From an uncultured Anaerolineaceae bacterium (GTDB lineage Bacteria > Chloroflexota > Anaerolineae > Anaerolineales > E44-bin32), in the NCBI GenBank assembly GCA_964590515.1, contig CAZPZD010000002.1:2946-66945 (forward strand): a stretch of DNA of 64,000 bases, written 5' to 3'. The notes beneath the pieces were generated by a model, which was given only the letters and a program-made list of their open reading frames with translations, had not been told where the DNA came from and made no database searches. A program made the position numbers and the translations under genes. This document shows positions 1-10,435 of the stretch, piece by piece. Position 1 is the stretch's first letter, and the number at the start of each line of letters is the position of its first letter.

Positions 1-363
1 GCGGTTCCTTCGCTGGTCGCGATGCTGAACACCCTAGCGATCGGGGTCATCGAGCGAACTAGGGAAATCGGAATGGTGCGCGCAGTGGGAGCCACCCGAA
101 AGCAGATCCGGACAATGGTCGTGCTGGAGGCGCTGATTCTGGCGTCCCTGGGGACGGCCTTCGGACTGCTGAGCGGGTTATACCTGGCTCGCCTGGCGGT
201 GGACTCGCTCGGAGCCGCCGGCTACCCGGTCCGGGCCTCCTTCCCGTGGATGGGAGCCGTGTTGGCGGTGGCGATCGGACTGTTGTTTGGCGCGCTGGCG
301 GCGGTCATCCCTGCCCGGCAGGCGGCGAAGCTGGATATCGTGGCCGCGCTTCGCTACGAATAG
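1..363 (+). CDS. ABC transporter permease, FtsX/MacB-type, C-terminal fragment (5' end lies outside the window)
   Basis: Frame is open from nt 1 (AVPSLVAMLNTL..). ERTREIGMVRAVGATRKQI and the tail IPARQAAKLDIVAALRYE are typical FtsX-family motifs. Stop TAG 361-363. Confidence 0.8.
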   Translation, partial: AVPSLVAMLNTLAIGVIERTREIGMVRAVGATRKQIRTMVVLEALILASLGTAFGLLSGLYLARLAVDSLGAAGYPVRASFPWMGAVLAVAIGLLFGALAAVIPARQAAKLDIVAALRYE

Positions 364-428
364 CCAGGCGCGGTCCGGATCCCAAGCAGCCCGGTCGAGC
401 GCTCGGGCCTCCCCTCAAGTCGCCCAGA

Positions 429-1409
429 TCACGTTCCCGCCGCCTCCGCTAGGGCGCGGGCGACGTAGACCCGCGCCATCTTCTTGCGGTAGCTCAGCCC
501 CATGTCGGTGTTATCGAGCGGCTTGGCCCGGCGGGCAGCCATCTCCGCCGCCTCGTTCATCAGTTCCGCAGTGATCCGGTGACCGATCAGCGGGGCGGCC
601 GCCTCCGTTACGGAGACCGGTTGCGAAGCCACGGCACCCAACACCACTCGCGCTTCGGTGCAGGTGCCGTCCTCTTCCAATCGCAGCGCGACCGCCACCC
701 CTAGGATCGGGAAATCAATCGAACCCCGCCGGCGCAGCTTCAGATAGCTGGTCCGCCAACCCTGCATCGGCGGCAGGTGAATCGACACGAGCACTTCGTC
801 GGGCCACATCTTCAGGTAGTGCATTCCGTCGTTGCCATAAAGCGCTTCGACCGGGATCATGCGTTCGCCTTGCGGCCCAACCAGCCGCGCCTGGGCTCCC
901 AGCGAGATGGCCACCGGGGCGCAGTCGGACGAAGAGACCGCCAGGCACTCCGGGCTGCTGAGCGCCACCCAGCAGACATCGCCGTCCTTTTTCATGCAGA
1001 ACCCCAGCGCCTTGCGCCAGGCCTGGCTCTGGTTGTAGTAGGTGCAGCGGGTGTCCACGCACAGGTTGCCGCCGATCGTGCCCATATTGCGCAGCGGCGG
1101 CGAGGATACCAGGCCAGCCGCGCGCCCCAGGGAGGGGTACGGGTCCCGGACCTGCGGGTGGTTGGCTACTTCGCTGAGGGTCGTCCCGGCACCGATCGTA
1201 ATCCCACGTCCATTGGAGACCCCCCGCAGCTCCTGCAGACCGCGCAGGCCGATCAGGACTGTCGGCTCGAACTGGCGGCGTTTCATGTTGGGAAAGAGAT
1301 CCGTACCGCCCGCTACGTACATCGCTTCCCGGCCGTGCTCGGCCTTCATCGCCACGGCCTCTTCCAACGTACGCGGCGCCAGATAGCGGAATTTCGGCAG
1401 GCGGATCAT
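429..1409 (-). CDS. FAD-binding subunit of a xanthine-dehydrogenase-family molybdoenzyme, 4-hydroxybenzoyl-CoA reductase beta (HcrB)-like with an extra 4-Cys insertion
   Basis: 326 aa. N-terminal FAD-binding pattern AMYVAGGTDLFPNMK. Insertion with C122-x15-C138-x7-C146-x8-C155. ATGA start/stop overlap with the large subunit at 1406-1409. Confidence 0.85.
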   Translation of the reverse strand: MIRLPKFRYLAPRTLEEAVAMKAEHGREAMYVAGGTDLFPNMKRRQFEPTVLIGLRGLQELRGVSNGRGITIGAGTTLSEVANHPQVRDPYPSLGRAAGLVSSPPLRNMGTIGGNLCVDTRCTYYNQSQAWRKALGFCMKKDGDVCWVALSSPECLAVSSSDCAPVAISLGAQARLVGPQGERMIPVEALYGNDGMHYLKMWPDEVLVSIHLPPMQGWRTSYLKLRRRGSIDFPILGVAVALRLEEDGTCTEARVVLGAVASQPVSVTEAAAPLIGHRITAELMNEAAEMAARRAKPLDNTDMGLSYRKKMARVYVARALAEAAGT

Positions 1410-3787
1410 GGGACCGGGACCTGCTCCGGGGGCGGGACTCGGATGGGTTCCGGAAATTTCACTTCTGGGGCGCGCAGCGGCCCTACCCGCGCCTGCTCGC
1501 CGCGGGCCTTCTTCAGCAGGCCTTTGAGCACCTTCTCCGGGGTGATGGGCACCTCGTCCACCCGTACGCCGGTGGCGTTGTAGATCGCGTTGGCCAGCGC
1601 GGGCGCGACCGGGAGCAACGGTCCCTGACCGGCCTCCTTGGCGCCATAGGGGCCCTCCGGATCGATGGTCTCGATCAGGAAAGTTTCAATCTCAGGAGTT
1701 TCCATAGTAGTCGGGGTCTTGTAATCCAGCATGGAGGGAATCTTGTGCAGACCACGCCGGAAGATCTGCTCCTCCATCATGGCCTCTCCCAGCCCCATGT
1801 AGGCGCTGCCCTCCACCTGGCCGATCACCAGCAGGGGATTGATGGCCTTGCCCACATCGTGTGCCAGCCACAGCTTGTCGACCTCATAGATGCCGGTCTC
1901 CAGGTCGCAGGTCACCTCCGCTACGCAGGCGGTGTAGCTATAGGCCGGGGAGGGGCCGACACCGGACCCCTTGTATGGCCCGCCCCGACGCGGCGGGGTA
2001 TAGCTCCCCACCGACCCCAGGGTGCCGAACTTAGCTTCCGCCAGTTGGACCGCTTCGTCGAAGGAGAGCCCCCGAGCGGAGTCCTCGGTCCAAAACACCC
2101 GATCCTCTGCCATCACCAACACTTCCGGCGACAGCTCCAATTGCTCTCCCGCTGCAGCCAGGATCTTCTCTCGCAGCGGCGTGGCAGCGGCAATGGCGGC
2201 ATTTCCGGTCATGAGGGTGACCCGGCTGGAGTAGCTGCCGAGGTCCACGGGGGTGAGGTCGGTATCCGCGGTGACCACAATCACGCGCGAGAGGCTGATG
2301 CCGAGCACCTCGGCCACGATCGCCGCGAGCACCGAATCAGATCCCTGCCCGATATCGATGCTGCCACAGAAGACGGTCACGCCCCCGCCGCGGTCAATCT
2401 TGATTTGCACGCCGGAGTGAGGCATTTCGTTCCAATATATAGGTAGGCCGGCGCCGCTAAGGTAGGCCCCGCAGGCCAAGCCCAGCCCTTTGCCCGGAGG
2501 CAAGTTCCTACGACGCTGAGTGAAGCTCGAGGCCTCCACCACCCTCTCGATGCACTCCCTCAAGCCGATGCTGGTGACGCTCAGATGATTGACGCTCATG
2601 CTGTTCGCCGGCACCAGATGGCGCAAGCGTAGGCTCGCCGGATCCAGATTCAGATCTTCGGCGAACTTGTCGAGCTGCACCTCGAGGGCGAAGCGCGGCT
2701 GGGGTGTGCCGTGCCCCCGCTTGGGGCCGCAAGGCGGCTTGTTGGTGAAGACCCGCAGCCCCTCGAACTTGTAGTGCTGGATGGGATAGGTGATGGTCTG
2801 CAGCGCGCCGGTGTAGTAGGTGCTGGCCACTCCGTAGCTTCCGTAGGCTCCCCCGTCCAGGTAGGAGCGGAAGTGCATGGCGGTAATGGTTCCGTCGCGT
2901 TTCATCCCGGTCTTGATCCACATCAGGACCGGGTGGCGGCCGCGGTGGGCGTAGAAAACCTCCTCGCGGGTGAGAGTGGCTTTCACTGGCCGGCCGGTGA
3001 GCATCGCCAATTTGGCGACCACGATCTCGTGCGAGAAGGGGTCGGTCTTGCCGCCGAACCCGCCCCCCACCGGAGTAGCGATGACCCGGATCCGGCTGGC
3101 AGGCAGCTCCAGCACTTTGGCCAGGGCTCGGTGGACGTAGTGGGGGGTCTGAGTGGAAGACCAGAGGGTGAGTCGACCGTCTGCGCCAACCTGCGCGACG
3201 GCGGCGTGTTGCTCCATCGGCAGATGGTTGCTGCCCTCGTAGTAGAACAGGTCCTCCCGGAGGTGATCGGCCAGGGCGAAGCCTTCTTCCACGTCGCCGA
3301 ATTCAAGCGAGACCAACTTGTGAATGTTGCCTTCCTGGGCGTACTCGTGGATCTGGACCGCCGGCTTCTCGAGGCCCTCGTCAATGGTCAGGATGGCCGG
3401 CAGCGGCTCGTATTCGACCAGGATGGCTTCCAGGGCCGCCTCGGCCGATTCTTCATCGAGGGCGGCCACCGCGGCCACCGGATCGCCCACCATGCGCACC
3501 TTGGTCAAGCAGAGCGCCTCTTCATCCTGGCTCACAGGCAGGATGCCGAACTTGATGGGCAGATCCTGGCCGGTGATGGCCGCCATCACGCCCGGGCATT
3601 CGAGCGCCGGGCGTACGTCAACCCGCTTGATCAGGGCGTGTGGGTGCTGGCTGCGCAGGATCTTGCAGAACAACATGCGCGGCAGGGACAGATCGTCGGC
3701 AAAGACCGTCTCTCCCGTCACCTTGGCCATCGCATCTACTTTGGTCCAGGATTTCCCGACCACCTTCAACGGATCGTCACTCGGCAT
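1406..3787 (-). CDS. Molybdopterin-binding large subunit of a xanthine-dehydrogenase-family enzyme (HcrA-like)
   Basis: ORF 1406..3898. I chose ATG 3787 (MPSDDPLKVVGKSWTKVDAMAKVTGE..) because GGAG lies 7 nt upstream and it clears the stop of the 2Fe-2S gene at 3811. 793 aa. Confidence 0.85.
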   Translation of the reverse strand: MPSDDPLKVVGKSWTKVDAMAKVTGETVFADDLSLPRMLFCKILRSQHPHALIKRVDVRPALECPGVMAAITGQDLPIKFGILPVSQDEEALCLTKVRMVGDPVAAVAALDEESAEAALEAILVEYEPLPAILTIDEGLEKPAVQIHEYAQEGNIHKLVSLEFGDVEEGFALADHLREDLFYYEGSNHLPMEQHAAVAQVGADGRLTLWSSTQTPHYVHRALAKVLELPASRIRVIATPVGGGFGGKTDPFSHEIVVAKLAMLTGRPVKATLTREEVFYAHRGRHPVLMWIKTGMKRDGTITAMHFRSYLDGGAYGSYGVASTYYTGALQTITYPIQHYKFEGLRVFTNKPPCGPKRGHGTPQPRFALEVQLDKFAEDLNLDPASLRLRHLVPANSMSVNHLSVTSIGLRECIERVVEASSFTQRRRNLPPGKGLGLACGAYLSGAGLPIYWNEMPHSGVQIKIDRGGGVTVFCGSIDIGQGSDSVLAAIVAEVLGISLSRVIVVTADTDLTPVDLGSYSSRVTLMTGNAAIAAATPLREKILAAAGEQLELSPEVLVMAEDRVFWTEDSARGLSFDEAVQLAEAKFGTLGSVGSYTPPRRGGPYKGSGVGPSPAYSYTACVAEVTCDLETGIYEVDKLWLAHDVGKAINPLLVIGQVEGSAYMGLGEAMMEEQIFRRGLHKIPSMLDYKTPTTMETPEIETFLIETIDPEGPYGAKEAGQGPLLPVAPALANAIYNATGVRVDEVPITPEKVLKGLLKKARGEQARVGPLRAPEVKFPEPIRVPPPEQVPVP

Positions 3788-3810
3788 CGCCTGACTCCAC
3801 CGTGCTCCTC

Positions 3811-4299
3811 CTAGACCTGCTCGAGCGCCTCGGCTGCCATGCGGGCCGCGGCCAGTCCCACGGCTTCGATGATCTTGCTGTAACCAGTGCAGCGGCACAG
3901 GTTTCCGGCCAGCGTCTCCCGGATGAGCCGCTCGTCAGGTTGGGGTGTCCGGTCAAGCAGCGCCTTGGCGCTGACCAAGATGCCTGGCGTGCAGTATCCG
4001 CATTGAGCGGCTCCCAACTCGGCAAAGGCAGTTTGCAAGGGATGCGGCCGCCCGTTCTCCGCCAGGCCCTCCACGGTGAGGATCGCGCTGCCCTGCACTT
4101 CAATGGGAAGGATCAGACAAGACAGCACCGGCTGGCCATCGATCAGCACCGAGCACGTTCCGCATTCGCCCAGTTCACAGCCATGCTTGGTGCCGGTCAG
4201 CTGCAGGTCTTCGCGCAGCACCTCAAGCAGCGTCTTATGGACCGAGGTCCACACTTCCCGCTGCTCGCCGTTCACGTTCAGGTTAATCAGTTGTTTCAT
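3811..4299 (-). CDS. (2Fe-2S)-binding small subunit of the molybdoenzyme (CoxS/HcrC-like)
   Basis: 162 aa from ATG 4299 ([16 protein letters not shown]). Two 2Fe-2S Cys groups: [11 protein letters not shown], and CGYCTPG with NLCRCTGY. The longer ORF start at 4383 would overlap the iclR stop. Confidence 0.85.
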   Translation of the reverse strand: MKQLINLNVNGEQREVWTSVHKTLLEVLREDLQLTGTKHGCELGECGTCSVLIDGQPVLSCLILPIEVQGSAILTVEGLAENGRPHPLQTAFAELGAAQCGYCTPGILVSAKALLDRTPQPDERLIRETLAGNLCRCTGYSKIIEAVGLAAARMAAEALEQV

Positions 4300-4345
4300 G
4301 GCTGAGGGTGTCACTGTCGCTTGCTCGAAGCGGCTCGCCCTGCGG

Positions 4346-5131
4346 TCATCCGGGTCCAGCTCCTCCGGTCGCTTGTGGGCCACCCATCCGCCAGGAGATC
4401 GCCTGTGCCGCTTGAATGGTCGCCTGGACCGCGGCGCGCCTTGCCTTCTGCGTGAGGCGGCTGATGAAGCCCACGACCGTCACTACGGCAGTGAGCCCAT
4501 CCACACCCCAAATCGGGGCGGATACTGCCCACACCCCCTCCAGGTACTCTTGGGTGTCGTCGATGGCGTAACCTTGTTTGCGCACGCGCCCCAGCCGGGC
4601 TTTGTATTCGGCCGGATCAATAACTGATGTGTCGGTGAACCGCCGCAGTCCATGCGCCGCGATCAGCCGGTCTACTTCCTTCATCGGTAACCAGGCCAGG
4701 AAGGTCCTTCCAAAGCAGCCCGCGCTAAAGGGCAGACGCTCCCGGTCGGCTGACGTGATCTTGAGCTGGCGGGCGGGTTCGACCTTGTCAATAATGGTGA
4801 TCCCGTCCTGCTCAAACACTCCCAGCAGGGCAGTTTCCTCAGTGGACTGCACTAATTCCTTGAGGTAGGGACTCGCCACCGAGCGTACGTCGCGCCACCC
4901 CCTCGCCAGGTAGCCCAATTCGATGAGCCCGGGTCCGAGTCGGTATTTCCGGGTGGTAGGATCTTGCTCCAAAATGCGGTGGTCCGAGAGGGTTCTGACG
5001 ATCCCGTGGACGGTGCTCTTGTTGAGGTCAAGCTCCTGACTGAGCTCGGAGACTCCGATTTCGCCGCGGCCATCCGCCAGGGCTGAGAGGATCCGCATCG
5101 CACGTTCGATTGCTGGTACGGGAGCAGACAT
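4346..5131 (-). CDS. IclR-family transcriptional regulator
   Basis: 261 aa. N-terminal winged-HTH (VSELSQELDLNKSTVHGIVRTL) plus an IclR effector-type C-terminal domain. It lies directly upstream of, and co-directional with, the three molybdoenzyme genes. Confidence 0.85.
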   Translation of the reverse strand: MSAPVPAIERAMRILSALADGRGEIGVSELSQELDLNKSTVHGIVRTLSDHRILEQDPTTRKYRLGPGLIELGYLARGWRDVRSVASPYLKELVQSTEETALLGVFEQDGITIIDKVEPARQLKITSADRERLPFSAGCFGRTFLAWLPMKEVDRLIAAHGLRRFTDTSVIDPAEYKARLGRVRKQGYAIDDTQEYLEGVWAVSAPIWGVDGLTAVVTVVGFISRLTQKARRAAVQATIQAAQAISWRMGGPQATGGAGPG

Positions 5132-5149
5132 CCGGGCCAGAGCTTCGAC

Positions 5150-5167
5150 CGTTCTGTGGACAGAACG
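5150..5167. promoter_or_regulatory. Perfect inverted repeat CGTTCTGT-GG-ACAGAACG, candidate IclR operator
   Basis: 8+2+8 palindrome read directly, 19 nt upstream of the iclR ATG (5131) and just downstream of a TATAAC hexamer (minus strand, 5179-5184). Confidence 0.35.
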
Positions 5168-5262
5168 TCGGTCTCTAGGTTATATCGTCGCGCCGAAACC
5201 GCGTTGAGTCAAGACGGTGCATGGGCGGCGCTTTGGTCCAGGGAAAGCGTCAGGGTCCTTGG

Positions 5263-6483
5263 TCAGTCCCCGACCCACTCAAAGATGGTGGCCTCTCCCT
5301 GACCCACCCCGACGCACAAAGTAGCCAACCCGTAGTACGGGCGCGGCTCACTCGGCGCCCGCCGGCGCATCTCATGGACCAGGGTGCAGACCATCCGGGC
5401 CCCGGTGCAGCCAAGCGGGTGGCCAAGCGCGATCGCACCGCCGTTGACGTTGGTGATCTCTTCCCGCATCCCCAACTCGCGTATAACCGCCAGCGCCTGA
5501 ACGGCAAAGGCCTCATTGAGCTCGATCAGGCCGATCTGATCGAGCGACAGCCCAGCCCGCCCAAGCGCTTTGCGGGTTGCCGGGATCGGGCCGTAACCCA
5601 TCGTGCGCGGCTCGACTCCCGCTGCAGCCGAGGCCACCACCCGGACCCAGGGGCGAATTCCCAATTGCGCGGCGCGCTGGCTGGACATGAGCAGCACCGC
5701 CGCCGCGCCGTCATTGATACCGGACGCATTCCCGGCGGTCACTGTTCCATCGCTTCGGAAAGTCGGTTTGAGCTTGGCCAGGACTTCCATTGAAGTATCC
5801 CGGCGGGGCCGCTCGTCGGTAGCGACGGTGAGTGGGTCACCCCTCCGTTGCGGCACCGTCACCGGCACGATCTCCTCGGCGAAACGGCCCGAATCGATCG
5901 CGGCGATCGCCCGTTGGTGGCTGCGCAGAGCGAAGGCGTCCTGCTCCGCTCGGCTGATCGGGCGCTCGGCTTGGATGTTCTCGGCAGTCTCTCCCATGCT
6001 CTCGTTCCCGTATTTCGCTTTGAGGACCGGATTAGGGAATCGCCATCCTATGGTCGTGTCGTAGGCGGTCAGGTCGCCGCGCGGAAAAGGCCGATCGGAC
6101 TTTGGCACCGCCCAGGGCGCCCGGGACATCGACTCCACCCCGCCGGCGATGTAGACCTCGCCTTCCCCCACCTTGATTGCCCGGGCTGCCGCGTTCACCG
6201 CCGCCAGACTCGAGGCGCACAGCCGGTTAAATGTGACACCTGCTACGGAGGCCGGCAGGCCGGCCAGCAAGCTGGCCATCCGGGCCACGTTGCGGTTGTC
6301 TTCCCCGGCCTGGTTGGCGCAGCCGAAGTACACCTCCTCCACACTGGCCGGCTCAATCCCGGCCCGCGCCACGACTTCCGCCACGACCAGGGCGGCCAGG
6401 TCGTCGGGCCGGGCGTCTCTGAGGGCACCGCCATGCTCCCCGATCGGGGTACGGACCGCTTGCACGATTACCGCCTCGTTCAC
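5263..6483 (-). CDS. Acetyl-CoA C-acyltransferase (thiolase)
   Basis: 406 aa. Thiolase signatures [11 protein letters not shown] (acyl-Cys), [10 protein letters not shown] and [13 protein letters not shown] start with GAGGA RBS. Confidence 0.9.
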   Translation of the reverse strand: MNEAVIVQAVRTPIGEHGGALRDARPDDLAALVVAEVVARAGIEPASVEEVYFGCANQAGEDNRNVARMASLLAGLPASVAGVTFNRLCASSLAAVNAAARAIKVGEGEVYIAGGVESMSRAPWAVPKSDRPFPRGDLTAYDTTIGWRFPNPVLKAKYGNESMGETAENIQAERPISRAEQDAFALRSHQRAIAAIDSGRFAEEIVPVTVPQRRGDPLTVATDERPRRDTSMEVLAKLKPTFRSDGTVTAGNASGINDGAAAVLLMSSQRAAQLGIRPWVRVVASAAAGVEPRTMGYGPIPATRKALGRAGLSLDQIGLIELNEAFAVQALAVIRELGMREEITNVNGGAIALGHPLGCTGARMVCTLVHEMRRRAPSEPRPYYGLATLCVGVGQGEATIFEWVGD

Positions 6484-6502
6484 CTGATCTGTCCTCGTGG
6501 TG

Positions 6503-6511
6503 ATTCTAACA
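6503..6511 (-). promoter_or_regulatory. Putative extended -10 promoter (TGtTAGAAT) for the thiolase gene
   Basis: The minus strand reads TGTTAGAAT. It ends 19 nt upstream of GTG 6483, with GAGGA RBS in between. Confidence 0.45.
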
Positions 6512-6565
6512 TTCGGCTCTCGTGCGGCCGGCCCCCGGCCCGCTTCGGATCGTGTGAAGGCCGAA

Positions 6566-6574
6566 TGCTATAAT
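6566..6574 (+). promoter_or_regulatory. Putative extended -10 promoter (TGcTATAAT) for the acyl-CoA mutase gene
   Basis: TGCTATAAT ends 14 nt before ATG 6589. No Shine-Dalgarno in between, implying a very short leader. Confidence 0.5.
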
Positions 6575-6588
6575 CCCGCGCCGATCCA

Positions 6589-8280
<1,692 letters not shown>

Positions 8281-8312
8281 GCCGCCCCACCTTACGCATC
8301 GCCAGACATGAG

Positions 8313-8342
8313 GGGCCCTTGGCATGGATGAGCCAAGGGCCC
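8313..8342 (+). terminator. Rho-independent terminator candidate downstream of the mutase gene
   Basis: 11-bp stem GGGCCCTTGGC/GCCAAGGGCCC with an 8-nt loop, followed by TTGCCTTC. Confidence 0.5.
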
Positions 8343-8404
8343 TTGCCTTCAAAATGCAGGATTACCGGCCCGCCCCCTTCGAGCGCATTGGACGGGCGGA
8401 GGTG

Positions 8405-9103
8405 CTACATGCCCCCGGCAGCCATCGGAGCGGCCTTCCTCAGGCGCATCCCCACCCAGATGTACCAGATCGGCGCAGCAACGACGCCGCCAAGGGCGGC
8501 AACGATCTGAAGCAGGGTCGCGAGGTTGAACACCAAACTCACCACCACCAGAAAGTACAGCACTGCGGCCGCGATCCCAACATACGCAAGTGTGCTCGGC
8601 CAAAGCTTCGACCGCATCGCCAACAGGCTGGTCATCAGGACCCACAGCCCGACTCCCCCGAAGCCCAGCCAGCCTTGGGAATCCAGGCCGGCCAGAAACG
8701 TCGGCGCCGCGAGCACGGCCTGAACCGAGGCGTCTCCCGAAACGTAGGCTGCGGCTCGATCCGGCTGAAGCGCAATGTTTCGGAAGAAATCGATCGCGGT
8801 CACGGCAAAACCCAGGTAGGCGAGATTGCTGGTCCAGCGGGCCCAGCCCTCATTGACCGACCGTATGCTCTCGGTGATGGCTGGCAGCGCCCCCAGTGCG
8901 AACACCGCGGCCAAGGCGAACGCCCAATAATTGATCATGTTCAGCGTCGAACTTTGGGCGAAGGACCGGTAAAAGGCGTCGGGGGCGCCCCCGGCTTGCT
9001 GTTCTGGCGGCAGCAACACGTACGTGGCGCCGAGGAGGACATACAAGGCGCCAACCAGGATGGAACACAGACCTCCGAACTTATTGAGACTATCACTCTT
9101 CAC
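8405..9103 (-). CDS. Integral membrane protein of unknown function (DUF4386-like by recollection)
   Basis: 232 aa with about 6 hydrophobic segments. GTG start at 9103 preceded by AAGGAG. Function is not supported beyond membrane topology. Confidence 0.6.
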   Translation of the reverse strand: MKSDSLNKFGGLCSILVGALYVLLGATYVLLPPEQQAGGAPDAFYRSFAQSSTLNMINYWAFALAAVFALGALPAITESIRSVNEGWARWTSNLAYLGFAVTAIDFFRNIALQPDRAAAYVSGDASVQAVLAAPTFLAGLDSQGWLGFGGVGLWVLMTSLLAMRSKLWPSTLAYVGIAAAVLYFLVVVSLVFNLATLLQIVAALGGVVAAPIWYIWVGMRLRKAAPMAAGGM

Positions 9104-9269
9104 AGCGACTCTCCTTCAGGTGCCAATGATTCGGTCACCCGCCCATTTCGGAAAGCCGGCTGAGGGCAGTGACACATTGGCAGCACCTGCATCCATTAGG
9201 CCAAACACCTCCAGGCGCGGACGGTTGCGGTCGGCCTTTCTATGCCGTCGCACAGGACGCAGGTCGGCG

Positions 9270-10418
9270 TCAATAGAGGAACATCGGGGTGCCGGCTACC
9301 TGGCGGACCTTGGGCCGGTAGTTCTCCGCATCGTACAGCGCGTCGACGTCCACCCGCTTGACCCCCTCCCGGGTCAAGGTCAGTGGAACGTCCGTGTAGA
9401 TCCCTTGGCGCAGGGCGACCATCCTCCCGGTCTGGCCACCAGACGCCAGGTCGGCGGCCATCACGGCGTAGTTGGTTGCCACCATCAGGTCGAGCGAATC
9501 AGGCCGGCCGGAGCGCATCAGGTAGCCTAGCTGTTGATAAATGATGTGCTCTCCGGTGATCTCGCGCAGCAGGTCGCCGGCGACCGCTCCAATCCCCCCC
9601 AGCTTCCGGTGCCCAAAGGAATCTTCCCGCTCGCGCATCAGGAGGTCTCCACCCTCAATCCTGGAACCCTCCGAGATGGTCATCATGGCGTAGTTGCTGG
9701 GATTGGACCGCTTGTCCGCAATCAACATGCCGGCCAGCTTGTTCGGGTCAAAGGGTACTTCAGAGATGATTGCGCGGTCGACCCCTGATAGGTAGGCCGC
9801 CACCAGTGAGGTCTCTCCACTGTTGCGTCCGAAAAGCTCAATCACCGCGATCCGCTCGTGGGAACCGGCGCTCGTCCGCAGGTCCTGGATGAACTGTACG
9901 CTGCGGGTCACCGCGGTCGAGAAGCCGATGCAGTAATCCGTGCCGTGGACATCATTGTCCATGGTCTTGGGGATCGCCACGATCGGTACGCCCTCGTCGT
10001 GCAGCCGCAGGGCGAACGAAAGGGTGTCATCGCCCCCAATCGGGACCAGCGCATCCAGCGCCAGATGTTCGATCAGCTTCAGCACATGCCGAGTGAGGTC
10101 GACCGGGCCGTCGGCCGGTGAGCCTGAACTCAAAAACTCCGGGACGTCCTTGGGCCCAACCTTGGCGGGGTTGGTCCGCGAGCTGTGCAGAAACGTGCCC
10201 CCGGTCCGGTCAACGGTGCGCACGGTTTGCTTGTCAAGCGGAACGATGAAGCCAGCCTCGCTGGCCAGATCTCCGGGCTGCCAATACAGCAGGCCGGCCC
10301 AGCCTCTGCGAATCCCAACCACTTCGTGCCGCTCGTCCTCGGCCCGAGTCACAAATGCCTTGATGCAGGCGTTCAGGCCAGGGACATCCCCACCGCCGGT
10401 CAGGATTCCGATCCGCAT
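9270..10418 (-). CDS. 6-phosphofructokinase, predicted pyrophosphate-dependent
   Basis: 382 aa. [21 protein letters not shown] (aa 128-131) and PKTMDND (K151) occupy the donor-specificity positions. The gene is 17 nt downstream of the dnaE stop. Confidence 0.85.
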   Translation of the reverse strand: MRIGILTGGGDVPGLNACIKAFVTRAEDERHEVVGIRRGWAGLLYWQPGDLASEAGFIVPLDKQTVRTVDRTGGTFLHSSRTNPAKVGPKDVPEFLSSGSPADGPVDLTRHVLKLIEHLALDALVPIGGDDTLSFALRLHDEGVPIVAIPKTMDNDVHGTDYCIGFSTAVTRSVQFIQDLRTSAGSHERIAVIELFGRNSGETSLVAAYLSGVDRAIISEVPFDPNKLAGMLIADKRSNPSNYAMMTISEGSRIEGGDLLMREREDSFGHRKLGGIGAVAGDLLREITGEHIIYQQLGYLMRSGRPDSLDLMVATNYAVMAADLASGGQTGRMVALRQGIYTDVPLTLTREGVKRVDVDALYDAENYRPKVRQVAGTPMFLY

Positions 10419-10435
10419 CGTAGCGACCGGGTGGC

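Noticed and set aside
2711-3814. 367-aa plus-strand ORF, with several shorter ones, inside the molybdoenzyme large-subunit gene.
   Set aside because: It is antisense to a gene with clear family motifs. The composition is Arg/Gly/Pro/His-rich, typical of high-GC shadow ORFs. It has no RBS and no recognisable domain.
6484-6588. Possible cobalamin riboswitch upstream of the B12-dependent mutase.
   Set aside because: The region is only 105 bp and is occupied by two back-to-back promoter candidates. The mutase leader would be about 8-15 nt, too short for a riboswitch.
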